Part shown: positions 43,428-55,300 of the stretch, piece after piece
Numbering within the stretch: the first letter of the stretch is position 1
Layout of the letters: every line of letters starts with the position of its first letter
Source: Felis catus
Lineage: Eukaryota
Direction: 5' to 3'
DNA length: 64,000 nucleotides
Assembly (NCBI RefSeq): GCF_018350175.1
Contig: NC_058378.1
Coordinates: forward strand, 87,606,001 to 87,670,000
The notes under the pieces: generated by a model
The model's input: only the letters and a program-made list of their open reading frames with translations
Database searches by the model: none
What the model was told of the DNA's origin: nothing
Translations under genes and position numbers: made by a program

Positions 43428-43540
43428 GTATGTGCGGCACTATGGCCTGGGCGGCGCCTGTGACGACATCGCCAGCGTGCTGAAGCAGGTGGCTGTGAGA
43501 CTGGGGAAGACACAGAAGGTGAAAGTGCTCACGGGCACGG
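43428..43540 (+). CDS. MTG1: MTG1 exon 10 (113 nt): YVRHYGLGGACDDIASVLKQVAVRLGKTQKVKVLTGT
   Basis: tgtag acceptor, gtgaga donor. Confidence 0.95.
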
Positions 43541-43931
43541 GTGAGAAGTGGGGGCATTCGCCTCCGGCTGGGCTTGGGGAACCAGCCGATTGAGCGGCCC
43601 CTGGTGCTGGGGGAGGACACTGTGGGCACGTGTGGCTGTTCTGGGAACACAGGTTCTGCAGAGGGGCGGGCTCTCGGTTCAGCCTGTAGACGGCAAGGCG
43701 GCCCTGCCTCTTGGTGCTGGATATACCCTACGTCCCACCGGTTTGAAACCTGCCGAGGTCGAGGCGCCACAGCCCAGACTCTTGTGTTTTCTTTCAGAAC
43801 ATGTGCTCGTGCCCAGGCTCCACAGGTGCCCACCGTCCGTCCCTGAGGACGGGCAGGGAGGCGTGCGCCTGAATCCTGCGCCTGCCCCGTGGGGAGGTGC
43901 CTTCCTCACCAGACCCTCTTCTCTCCCCCAG

Positions 43932-44065
43932 GTGACGTGAACGTCATCCAGCCCAACTACCCTGCGGCAGCCCGAGACTTCCTCCAGACCTTCCGCAGGG
44001 GGCTGCTGGGCCCAGTGATGCTGGACAGGGATGTCCTGCAGAGGTCCCCCGTGGCAGAGCCCTGA
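43932..44065 (+). CDS. MTG1: MTG1 exon 11 coding part (134 nt): DVNVIQPNYPAAARDFLQTFRRGLLGPVMLD...EP*
   Basis: Strong polypyrimidine cag acceptor; FRRGLLG..LD C-terminal motif; exon sum 999 nt = 332 aa. Confidence 0.96.
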
Positions 44066-44565
44066 ACTGGTCCAGTTGGCAGGGGCCTCACTCCTGCCTG
44101 GCCCTTGGCACCAGAGATGCGGGGCATCCCAGGCCACAGCCCAGAATCTGATGCTGGGCCTCCCTTTTCCAGAAGCTCCATGCTGGTCACTATCCACTCA
44201 GGTCTCTACGCCGGGAAGGAACCTGTACCTCCTGCTGCCCCACAGCCTGGCCAGCTGTTGTTGGGGACTGTGCCTGGGGTCTGGACGTCAGGGCTGACGA
44301 AGTCCCTAAGCTGTCCCTGGGTGTCTCAACTGTGCCGAGTATCTCTCAGGGGGAAGATGATGCTTTCTCAGGAGGACGTGAACGTACAGTCTGCAATTTA
44401 AAAGTCTCACAAGGCCAGTCTCTGCTGGTGGCTCGTTTGCTGTGCACCAGGAGCACCTTGGGCTCACATGTTAACGTCTCTCCAAAACGACACAAAAAAC
44501 GGGATATGAACTGCTTAGTGAGTAAGGCCTATGTATTGGGGCCTTGGTGGTACCCTGGGTCCTGC

Positions 44566-44571
44566 AGTAAA
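44566..44571 (+). terminator. Candidate MTG1 poly(A) signal (variant AGTAAA)
   Basis: Variant hexamer followed by GT-rich sequence; no AATAAA seen on + between the stop codon and here. Confidence 0.45.
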
Positions 44572-44596
44572 GAAGAGTCTGTTTGCCAGTGGAGTG

Positions 44597-44602
44597 TTTA
44601 TT
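44597..44602 (-). terminator. Candidate SPRN poly(A) signal AATAAA (3'UTR ~2.4 kb)
   Basis: First tttatt on + that I found downstream of the SPRN stop. Confidence 0.65.
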
Positions 44603-47002
44603 TCACGACACGATGAAAATGTGCACACAAAGTGGACAAGAGGTGCCAAGGAGCTGTGAACAAACCCCAGAACTGTCTGCTCCCTCGGTGCCCCGGGGGC
44701 TGCCCTGCTCACTGCCAGCTGCATGCAGGCTGGGAGGGTCGCTGGTGTGGCTTCCCCCCACTTCCGAGTGGCAAACTGTAGCTACTGGACAGTGGGACTC
44801 TCCCCAGGGACCTGTACCTGCCAGCCTGCATTCCAGAAAAGGGCAGAGGAGGGAAAGGGGGTGGGGTGGGCCTGGTGAGCAGCTCTGCTCCTTCTGTGTC
44901 CAGTGTGTGTGGCCTTCTTGGAGCGTTGGAGTCTCTGCCAGGCACCTCCCCTCCTGAAGGTGCCCACGGTGGCGCACACTTCCTAATCTGAGATTACCCC
45001 CCCTGGGTGTCATCTGCCTCCTGCTGGGACCCTGACCAGTAGGGCAGGAAGTACTCTAGCATGTGACTGTGCCAGATGGGGACAGGCTCTGGGAGTCAGG
45101 CTGGTGTGTGGTGCCCTGCAGCCTGTGAGGGCGGCTCAGAGGCTGGGCCCATGCTCCTGGCCCCGCAGGGAGAACTGAGTTGGCCCGAGGTGCAGCCCTG
45201 ATGGGTCTCCCTGTGCTGCCTGCAAGTACGGTGGCAGAATGGTCACACTGCCCGAGGCCCCGGGCAGGGCTTGGCCGCAGCCTGCTGGTCTTTGGTTGCA
45301 TCAAATTTGGTCTGGAATGGATGGAGAGGCACCTGGGCTCGTACCCCAGGAATGCTGGCAGTGCGGATCTGTGTCCTGGTCTTTGGAGAACAATGCTTGG
45401 TCCAGGGCTCCGCTGGTAGCTTGGTGACCCTCACCCTGACCAGACCTGTGTGTCAGCTGTGGGCGAGCAGAGGTGGCAGGGCCCCCGGAGGTGCTGGTCT
45501 TGGCACTGGCCTCTGTCAGCTGAGTCCAAAGGCCCCATAGTCTGGGGGGTGAGGGCAGATTCTGGGAGGCAGCCCAGCGGCAGGTGAGGCTTTCAGTGAG
45601 CACCGACGACGGAGGGGGCGATCCAGAGGATCCAGGCCTGGGGCGTTGTCCTGCCGTGGGATATGGGGCAGAGGGCGTACAGAGCCAAGGCCTCCAGGGC
45701 TGAGCTCACGAACTGCAAGCCAGGCCAGAGGCTGGAGGGAAATGGGCTTCCGGGCACCTGAGAAGCAATGGGCTGGTCTGCAGACGGGTGTTTGTGTGCC
45801 AGAGGCAAACCCTTAGACACTTCCCTGGGTGTCTTCTGTCCTCAGAACACCCTCAGGTGCCCGGATGGCCGCCGTGGTGTTGCGGGGGTCAGCCTCCTGC
45901 ACGCTTCCTTCTGCTCAGCCAGAGCAGCCCGCATCTGGTCGTACTTGCTGCTGCGCCTGCCTCCAGGGACCTGCTGGTGGCCTGTTTGTTGGTTCTGACT
46001 TGAGACCCCGCCTCCGCCGTTCACACCTGGCCCTCACCTTCCTGGAGCAGCTGCAGACCTGCCGGAGCCACAGCTGGCTGTCCTGGGGAGCTCTCTCCAT
46101 CCCTGAGTACCAGCAGGCACGATTCCAGAACGGGAGCCTAAAGCTCAAAGGAAATGAAAAGGTTCTGAAGCTTAGACAGTGCCCCCCCCCCCCCGCTCCC
46201 CCCCCCCCCTCCCAAACAGGTCCCAAGAAGAGTTAAGTGACTTGTTTCAAGTTAGAGCACAGTGGCTCCAAGAGGCACCTGGCAGTGGCCTTGAGAGGGT
46301 CTGCCTGGTGAGGGGGCACACTTCTGGACCTGAGGGTGGGCTGGCCGGGCTCCGGGGCAGCTGCTGTGGCAGGGGGTGCTCCAGGGATTCTCTAGAGAGT
46401 GATGGGCACGCCTGGGCTCCAGTCCGCAGACGGCCTCTTCCGGACAGGTGGTAGGCACACTAAAACCTGTGAGGGAAACCTCTCCCCCCAAGTCCTCAAA
46501 TCCTTTGGTCCATTCTGGCTGCTTCTGTGGGGGAGGCCACAGGGTCCTCAGGGGGGCCAGAATGGCCTGAGCAGCCTGGTCTTGGACATCACTTTGGGCA
46601 GCTCTGGAGAGATGGTGGGCCGTCAGCCTGGATGGTACCCGAAGCACGGGATGGCACCTGCTTTTCTGACGGTGGAGGGGGTTGGGGGGAGACCCTGGCA
46701 TCCAGGCGGTAGGCGGGGCATCCTGGGACTGAAGGGCCCTGGTCCTTCGGTAGGATGGGGAGGCTGGGGAGGGACCTGGGCCGGGCGGTGGGCCGGGGGC
46801 GTCAGTGGGCACCCATAGGAGAGGCCGCGGCTCCTGCCCGGGCTGGCTGGAATCCCCCAGGCAGCGTCTGTGGGTCAGAGGCCGCCGGCAGCGGTGGGAA
46901 GCGGCGCTCAGCCGCTGGCGGCCTCTGGGGCCGATCCGGGGCGGGGGGCCTGCGGGGAGGGCGCGGGCTGGGGGCCGGATCTGGCCCCGAGCCTGGCCAG
47001 GC

Positions 47003-47440
47003 CTAGGGCCTCAGCAGCCCCAGGGCAACGAGGGCGCCGCCCAGCAGCAGGCAGAGGCGCGGGCCGCCGGTGGGCCCCGCGTCCGAAGTCCACGCCCGGT
47101 AGCTGTAGACGCCTTGGCCCGTCCGGTTGCCGCCTGGTGCCGCGTCCTCGTCGTCCTCCAGGCCGCGCTCCCCGGGGCCCGGGGCCCTTCTCCAGCCGGA
47201 ACCCGCCGCCAGGCCGGCCGCCGCCCCCGCCGCCGCCCCGGCCGCAGCCACGCGCAGGGAGGAGCCCGCGTAGCGGGGCGCCGGCCTCACGCGCACCCGT
47301 GGGGTCCCGCGCGCGCCCCCGCGCAGCCCTCCCCGGGCGCTGCCGCGAGCCCCTCCACGGCCGCCCTTGGCCGCGCCAATGTCGCAGAGGAAGGTGGCGG
47401 CCAGCAGCAGAGCCCAGCACGTCGCGGCCGTCCAGTTCAT
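47003..47440 (-). CDS. SPRN: Shadow of prion protein (Shadoo), 145 aa, single coding exon
   Basis: Signal peptide MNWTAATCWALLLAA, RGG repeats, hydrophobic AAAGAAAGAAAGLAAG, NRT sequon, YSYRAWTS, GPI signal; acceptor cgcag at 47456. Confidence 0.98.
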   Translation of the reverse strand: MNWTAATCWALLLAATFLCDIGAAKGGRGGARGSARGGLRGGARGTPRVRVRPAPRYAGSSLRVAAAGAAAGAAAGLAAGSGWRRAPGPGERGLEDDEDAAPGGNRTGQGVYSYRAWTSDAGPTGGPRLCLLLGGALVALGLLRP

Positions 47441-48152
47441 CCTTGTGGGGCGAGCCTGCGGCCAACGGAGAAAGGACCTCAGCTTCTGTGAGGGTCAGGG
47501 GGCCAGGGTCCCCAGGGCCTGGAGACGGGCTCGGGGACTCGGCATCTCGAGGACGGCCCGCGCAGGGCTGGGAGTGGGGTGGGAGGGTAAGGCACTCGGG
47601 CCTGGACAGAGGGTGAGGCGGGTGCGCGGGTTGCGCACCTGGGGGTGGAGTGGGAGCAAAGAATGAGGGAGGAGGACCCCCACATCCCCGGCTGCGGTGG
47701 GAGGACCCGCCCAGACCTCCACGGCTTGCGGGGACCCGAGGCCACACCGGGGTGGGGGTTGTGTTGAAGGACAGTCTCGGGGATGGACAGTCTCCACTGT
47801 CTGGACAAAGGCCACACGCGGGTGGCTCCGCCCGCACCCCTTGGGGCAGCGCGCATGCGGCGCGGAGCCAGAGCAGCGGGTTCTGGCCTCGCGGGGGCGC
47901 CGAGAAGCGCGGTGGTGACACAGTGCAGACCCCGCCCCCGCAGCCCGGACCCGGGGGACCGTCCCCTCCCGCCCCACCCCGGCCGCCTGGCGGAGCAGCT
48001 GGCGCGGGGGACGGGGACGCGGATGCGACGCGGGGCCTAATTCCGGCGCCGGGACCCGGTGGCCGCTCGACCCTCCTCCCGGGCCCCGCCGTCCCCTCGG
48101 AGCCCCCGTCCCCTGCCTCCCCGCGCGCCCGGACCCCGCCGCGCGGCCTTAC

Positions 48153-48270
48153 CCGCCTCGGGCCTCGGTGGGAACCGCGGGCTGGAGGGGCCGCTCCGGG
48201 GGCCGCGGCGGAGCGGGAAGGAGCCGGCTGCGGCCGAGACCCTGCACCGGCGCGCCGCGCCCCGAGTTTG
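48153..48270 (-). other. SPRN: SPRN non-coding exon 1 (start approximate); intron 47456-48152
   Basis: Minus-strand donor GG|gtaagg at 48152 within the CpG island; matches the known two-exon SPRN structure. Confidence 0.7.
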
Positions 48271-48989
48271 CGCGAGGCCTCCGCCCCAGGATTGGGGGCG
48301 GGCAGACGCGGAGGCTCATCCCCCGGGCGACGGGAAGGGAGGAGAAAACGGCAGTCGGAGGCGCGCGCGGCCCCTCTCCCTTCCCAGCACCCTCCTGCTC
48401 GCTGCACACCGTCCCCCGTCTCCTCACCCCACCCCCTCCCGATTCCACACGCGTGCGCCCACTCTACCTCCAGCACCCAGTGCGCACCCGGCCCAACCGA
48501 GCCGCCGCCTCCCGCCTTCCCCCTCCCCCTCCCCCCTCCCCCTCTCCCGTTCTGCCCCAGGTGATGTGTCCCGGACGCGGGGACCACGGAATGCTGTGGC
48601 AGGCCCTGAGCTCGAGATCTTGGTGTCCAGGGCTCTCCACGGGGAGGCCCAGAGAGGAGAGGATGGCTCTCCAGGTCCCCAGGGTGCCTCTTCTTCCCGC
48701 CCTCACGGTGGCCACCCCACAGCAAGGTCACTTGGAGCCCCACTGCCCCAGCCAGCCGGCCTTTCCAGTCCCTGCTGGGTCCGGCTCTGGGGCTTGAAAG
48801 GGTGCTATCTTGCTGTCCAGGTCTGTCTCGCGCCTACGACCTCTTCCCCTCCCAACCGGGCTTTTACCCCAGCCACTCCACTTGGGGACACCAGGCCCTC
48901 TTGATGGCTTTAGAGGTGGGCTCCATGACCTCAACTGTGACGTGATGTGACCTCTCTTAGCTTCCATCAGATCCTCTCGATCCCCAGAG

Positions 48990-49340
48990 GCTCAAACTCC
49001 CTAATTTCTGTGTTGAAGTCATGATCCCCAGAACCTCAGAATATGACTGTATTTGGAAACAGGGCCTTTACAGAGGCAATTGCGGTAAAATGAGGTCATA
49101 GGGCAAGCCCTGACCTAATCTGACAGGTGTCCTTATAAGATGAGGAGATCAGGACACAGACACGCACACGGACGGCACTGCGAGGATGTGGGGAGAAGGC
49201 TGCCGTCTGTGAGAGGAGCCGTCCCTCTCACAAGGAGACAGGCCTCAGAAGGATCCAGCCCTGCCCACGCCTGTCTCAGACCGCCAGACCCTGCTGGGTC
49301 TGTGGCACTTTGTCACGGTGGCCCGAGTAAACTAATTGAG
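48990..49340 (+). mobile_element. MaLR LTR (MLT1A/B-like)
   Basis: ccccagaacctcagaatatgactgtatttggaaacagggcc...aaaatgaggtcatagg...ggtgtccttataaga. Confidence 0.8.
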
Positions 49341-49344
49341 AACC

Positions 49345-50620
49345 TATGGGTTTCTAAAGTCCACGTGGAAACGTAAAGGTCTGATGTAACTCATTCTGAA
49401 AACCAAGATCAAAGAAGAACTCACCCCGTCAGATGTTAAGATGTTATAGGAAGTCACGGTAATAAAACAGCCCGGTGTTGGCTAGGAACAGACAGAGACC
49501 AGTACAGGCAAACAAGAGGGTCACTGACAGACTCAGGAATTTACACATGTCTACGGGCATAAACAAGATTGAGAATTTTGATAGAGGACAGGAAACTAAA
49601 AGAACCAAGTGGAAATTCTAGAGCTAAAAAATACACTTAAAAACAGAGATTAGATATGGCTAAGGAGAATTAGTAACCGGGAAGATCGGAGGGAAATATC
49701 CAGAAGAAAGCATGGAGAGAAAAGAAGAGAGTGTACGTAACAGGCTGCTGGGGGCGGAGGGGACGCGACAGAAGACCCCCTGCATGGACCAGGGAAACTG
49801 AACGGACGGCAGAGAAGGAAGGTGACGAGTGCAGTGTTTATGGAAACACAGGCTGACCGTTTTCAAAAACCAAGGAGGCAAGGCACAAATTCTAGAAGCA
49901 TCACAAACTCCGAACATGATAAATATGAAGAAAAAGCAAACCCCAGAAACCAAACACGACAAGAAGATCTTGAAAGCTTCCCAAAGTGGGGGGAAACCCA
50001 AATACCTAAAACAAGTAAAAATAAGCTGACTTCTCCACAGAAACAGGGAGCAGCTGAGAACACAGAAATGTGGTTTGTAGAGTTTCTGAGCAGCTCGGTG
50101 AGCTGACAACAGGTCAGAAGCTGAGAGGCTGGTACGTACTGGTGCAGATGAAAACCTATGTCACACAAGCAACAGTGAACGAAAAGGAAGCTGGCTCAGC
50201 TCTCTTAATGCCAGACCGAGCCTTACAGATTAGGGCAAAAAGCATTACTGGAAACAAAGAGTAACACTTCTTAATGATAAAAGGTTAAATTTACCAAGAT
50301 GACAAAAGAATTCTAAATTTTATGTACCTAACGAAGGACATGACCTCAAAATATGTAAAACAAAAGAGTAAGAGAATATTTTTTTTTATTTTTTAAAGTT
50401 TATTTATTTTGAGAGAGAGCAAGTGCGAGTGCAAAAGGGGCAGAGAGAGAGGGAGAGAGAGAACCCATGAACCCATGAACCGTGAGATCATGACCTGAGC
50501 TGAAACCAACAGTCGGACGCTTAACTGACTGAGCCACCCAGCTGCCCCAGTAAGAGAATATTTACAGCACAAAATCACTTACATGAATTTAAAACTCTCC
50601 CAAGCAAAGCAATACGACAC
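49345..50620 (+). mobile_element. Old sense L1 fragments with a CAN-SINE (50382-50548, - strand) flanked by 15-bp TSD agtaagagaatattt
   Basis: A-rich L1-like sequence; TSD at 50367-50381 and 50549-50563. Confidence 0.7.
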
Positions 50621-50929
50621 ATCTGTGGATACATGCATCCTGTCCGAGGGCAAACACCACACATCACACCGGGGTTCCTGACGGGCGTGATTAGAGTGTG
50701 GGAAACGTGGGACCAAGTGAGAAGCGCTCACCCTGGCAGTGACAGTAGCCCAATAAGGAGAGTGCTGGATCAGTCCACCTTTGTACCCAAGTGCCAGAGA
50801 AGAAAGGCAGAAACACCAGGTATGGGTATGCCATTTAGTCATTAGACCCATCAAGTTTTAAATAGAATGACATTCTCGTTTCTGAGAAAAGGTGGCACGT
50901 GTGTGGCCTGTGGCACTGTCTGGACTTGC

Positions 50930-51081
50930 CAGGTGCACACACACACCCCCCCCACACCCATCCATTCAGGTGCACGTATGCACATACACGCACCAGGTGC
51001 ACACTTTTTACACAACCCCAGGTGTGCACCCCTCCAGATCTCCTCCTTGGGTGTGCATACACACATACCCATCCATTCAGG

Positions 51082-51120
<39 letters not shown>
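50930..51120. repeat. Degenerate caggtgcacac-type low-complexity repeat ending in a (CA)n microsatellite
   Basis: Read directly. Confidence 0.85.
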
Positions 51121-51122
<2 letters not shown>

Positions 51123-52399
51123 GTGCGTACAAAACGCAAGAGGGAAGACCCAGGCTGCCTCCTCTGGCTGTGTCCCCGGGCACTTTCCTGGTCTCATCCA
51201 GATCGCCTCCCCCAGAAGAATGCTCATTCATGTTTTTCTCTGCTCAGGACCAGGGCCCCCTTTTGCCTGGGGAAGGACACCACTGCCATCAGATGGCCAG
51301 TGAGCTCTCTAGGGCTGAGCATAGTCGCCAGCTGCAAGGGGAGGGAGGCTCACCCCCAGCTTTGATGTCCCCATGTAGATCATGCGTCCTTATCTTGTGT
51401 TTTCTGGGCAGCATAATGGCTGTTTGGGGGAGATGGATGGAAGCGGTCCAGGTGGAGCCGCTAAGGGGCTGCACGGTTCGGGGCTCTGGTCCGACAGCCC
51501 TGGAGGTAGGTGTCTGAAGGATGGACGCATTGCGGGGAGGTGGGGGGGCTGGGGCACAGCCAGGGAGGGGCTCCCCAGGCTTTCCTGCCCGTCCGGGAGG
51601 AGGGGGAGCCTCAGGACCCTTGCCCACTCCCCCCGGGGGTCTGGGGAGCGGCTGCGCTTTGCGCTGTCCCCGTGGACAAGAGAGGACCAGGGTAACTCCT
51701 GCATGACGCACGGTCCTCTGGCGCCTGCTCACCCGAGGAGGGGGCTGCTCTGAGCTGGGGGTGGGGCACAGGCTGGAGTTCGGAGGGGATGAGGGGGACC
51801 CGGCGACTTGCTCAGTCCTGTGGGGAGGGGGTGGTCCGAGCTGGGGGGGGCACAGGCCGGGGTTCGGAGGGGATGAGGGCTGTGCCCCCAATTCTTGGTG
51901 ATGCAGCAGGAAGAGGCTGCGTCTGCAAGTGTCTGCAGGACAGAGGGTGGGGCCTTGGCCGGTGGGACCATGTTGGACGCCCCCCCCACCAGGCTGAGGG
52001 CGTCGGGGGGCTCCGGTATCCGTGCCCAGCCGTCTGTGCCCAGCCTGGTGGCGGGGTTGTTGCCCCCACCCCCCCCTCCGCCCCTGCCCCAGGCACGGTC
52101 CTTCCAACCTTCCCCAGACCCTGTGCCTCTACTCAACCGCACCTCGCAGGAGGCGCAGGGCCTCCGCAGGGTCCCCGCAGGTCTCTGAGGGTCTGTCCCC
52201 ACACATGCCGCGGCTCACTGGGTCTCTGCCACCTCTGGCCCCAGGGGGTTTTGATCGGGCTCACTAGTGGCCGTGCTCCCCACCGCGTCTTCTAATTGCA
52301 AATTCTCACCTGGGCGGGACTCTCAGAGCAATTTGTGGAGGGCGCTTTGGGGTCCCTGGAGGGAGGGTGTGAGGCCTTCCCCCTGTCTCCCCAGTGACA

Positions 52400-55300
52400 G
52401 GTAGGTCTTTGCCTGTTACCTGCCACCCGTCCGGAGTACACCCCCAGCCTTACTGTCCTTTCCAGGAGGTTCTTGTCTGTTACAGTCGGCTGCACACTCA
52501 GGGTGGGGCTTCAACTCAGACCTTGAGATTCAGAGTCGCAAGCTGGTTGGACTGGCGTTTATTTTGACTCCTGCGTAACATTCTGCCCCAGCTCATGGTC
52601 TCTGGCTGTCTCCGTGGGTCCCTCCCTGGGTGGTGGCTTGAAAACTCCCAAAGCAATAAGCCAGGACTCACTGCATTTGTTTCACACTGGTCAGGGTCAC
52701 TGTCCTTCACGGCCTGATGTCCAGGGTCTTGAAGTCCACAGTTTTCCATATTCTGTCTGTTTCCTTTCAGGTGGGAGGGTAAATCCCGTCTCTGTGTTCT
52801 GTCTGGCTGGATGTGGGCGTCTGTCCCCTATATTACAGCTGCCTCGGTGTTTCTGAGCTCCGGTCTGTGTCTCCTCCCCTTGCTGACCAGCAGCCCGGGC
52901 CTCCAGAGCCTGCACTGATGCCTGGAGGCCAGCCTGTCCGTTTCCTTTCTGTCTAGACTCACAGTCCTGCACTGCCCCTTGTCCAGCATCTGAAAACAGT
53001 GTTAAAGACATGTATTATAGTGCTGTATTTTATAATTATAGTATTTACATAATTATAGTATTGTATAGAAGTATAATCATATTATATATTTTGTCTAATT
53101 TTGTCATTGTTTGTGGCGGAGGGCTAGACTGGAGTGAGCTCATTTTTTATGGCTGAAAGCCTGTTTATATATCTCAAAGTTAATTGTCTCCTCTATGTTG
53201 CAATATCTTCTCTCAGTTTTTAACTTTTAGTTTTCATTGTCTTTAAGGTGTCTTGATGAACAGGTGTTCTTAAATACTTTTACATTTTAAAAGTTAAGGT
53301 ATAAGTTAAATATAGTAGCATCTACTCTTTTTAGTGTATGGTTCTGTGCGTTTTGACAAGTGTGTGTACTTGTGTAACCACCACCACAATAAAAATACAG
53401 AGCAATTCTATCCCTCCAAAAGTGTCCTCTGTGCCCCTTTGTAGATAAGACTCCCATCCCCAGTACCTGGCAAATATGTTTTCTGTTCCTATGATTTTGA
53501 CTTTTCTAGAATGTTCTATAGATAGTATCAAAAGAGTGTGTCCTGTTTTGAGTCTGGCTTCCTTCCCTCAGCGTACCACTTCCGTGATTCAGCCGTGCTG
53601 TTGTGTAGATCAGCTGTGTTCCTCCTTATTGTGGGTAATATTCCATTTATGGAAGGACCACCGTTTATCCATTCCCCAGCTGAGGCACTTTTGGGTTGGT
53701 TCCAGTTTTTGCTGATTATGAATTAAGTCTCTATAAACATTTGCGTATGTTTTTCTTGTGTGAATGTAAGTATGGGTTATATGATAAGTATATGTTTAAC
53801 TTTGTAAGGAGCTGCCAACCATCGTCCAATGTGGCTATGCCACTTGGCACTCAGTAGTGAGTTTTAAAAACTGTTGTTCTAAGAAGTTGGTGGTGGTATC
53901 TCCTTGTGTTGTGGGTGTTTTTGTTTTTTTTTTAAAGATTTTATTCTTAAGGAATCTCTACACCCAACATGGGGCTTGAACTCATGACCCTGACATCAAG
54001 AGTCATACGCTGTACTGGTGGAGCCAGCCAGGTTCCCTCCTTGTGGTTTTTATTTGCAGTTTCCTGTTGACTAATGATGTTGCCTGTCTATGTGATTATT
54101 ATCCATTCTTTGGTGAAATGCCCATTCAAGTCTTACACCTGTTTGTTTATTGAGTTGATTGTTTCTTTGCTATTAAAGTTTGAGAATTTTAAATTCTGAA
54201 TGCAAATATTCTATCGGATACTTGATTTGTAAATGTTTTTTCCCCAAATCATGGCTTGTATTTTGAGTCTACTAGTAGTCTCTTGAAGATCAGAAGTTCT
54301 TTATTGATGAAATCCTGTTAAAGTTTTTTTCTTTTATGGATTGTGCTTTTAATGTTGCTTCTAAGAAATTTTTGCCTCACAAACATTTTCTCCATATGTC
54401 TAAGGTTTTATGCTTAGATCTACCATCTACTTTGAGTTAATTTTTGTGTAGGGTATGAGATACAGATTGAAGTTCATTTTTCTGCATATGGATAGCTGAT
54501 TTTCCTGGCACTATTTGCTGAAGATTGAATTACCTTTCATCTTTGTGGAAATCAATCCTGTGTGCGTCTCATGTTTGGATTCTCCAGTCTGTTCCACTTC
54601 TATATGTTTATCTTTTTCCAATACCACACTGTCTTGATTACTATAGCTTTACATGTATTGCAACCAGGTACAGGTAGTGTGCGTTCTCTGACTTGGTTCT
54701 TTTTTCCAAATAGCTTTGGCTCTTTTAACTCCTTTTCTTTTCCATAAATTTTAGACTCAGCTTATTGTTTTCTATAACGAAGTTCTGCTAGAATTTTATT
54801 GAATCCATAGATCAGCTGGGGGACCATTAGCATCTTTACAATAGTCTCCAAACCATGAACATGGCATATTTCTCTATTTATTTAGGCCATCTTTGATTAC
54901 TTTCATCAGTGGTTTGTAAGTTTTAGCATGTTTTACAAATACCTTTCTCCAGATTATAGCTTCTCTTCTTCAGGTCCTTTAAGATGTCTTTTGATGAAAC
55001 AGAAGTTATACANNNNNNNNNNNNNNNNNNNNNNNNNNNNNNNNNNNNNNNNNNNNNNNNNNNNNNNNNNNNNNNNNNNNNNNNNNNNNNNNNNNNNNNN
55101 NNNNNNNNNNNNNNNNNNNNNNNNNNNNNNNNNNNNNNNNNNNNNNNNNNNNNNNNNNNNNNNNNNNNNNNNNNNNNNNNNNNNNNNNNNNNNNNNNNNN
55201 NNNNNNNNNNNNNNNNNNNNNNNNNNNNNNNNNNNNNNNNNNNNNNNNNNNNNNNNNNNNNNNNNNTCAGTTGTCATATCTGCTTAGGCGCCTCTTGGCT

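Larger units (their letters stand above)
46800..48600. promoter_or_regulatory. CpG island covering the SPRN CDS, intron and promoter
   Basis: Very high GC and CpG density. Confidence 0.85.

Noticed and set aside
46908-48743. 611-aa minus-strand ORF overlapping SPRN in another frame (possible alt-Shadoo)
   Set aside because: It runs through the promoter and the 697-nt intron (not a multiple of 3), lacks an ATG start, and is low-complexity G/P/R/A sequence typical of CpG islands.
51289-52295. GC-rich ORFs (up to 272 aa) and a two-copy ~85-bp imperfect repeat at ~51750-51880
   Set aside because: No recognisable protein motif or consistent splice structure; treated as non-coding GC-rich DNA.
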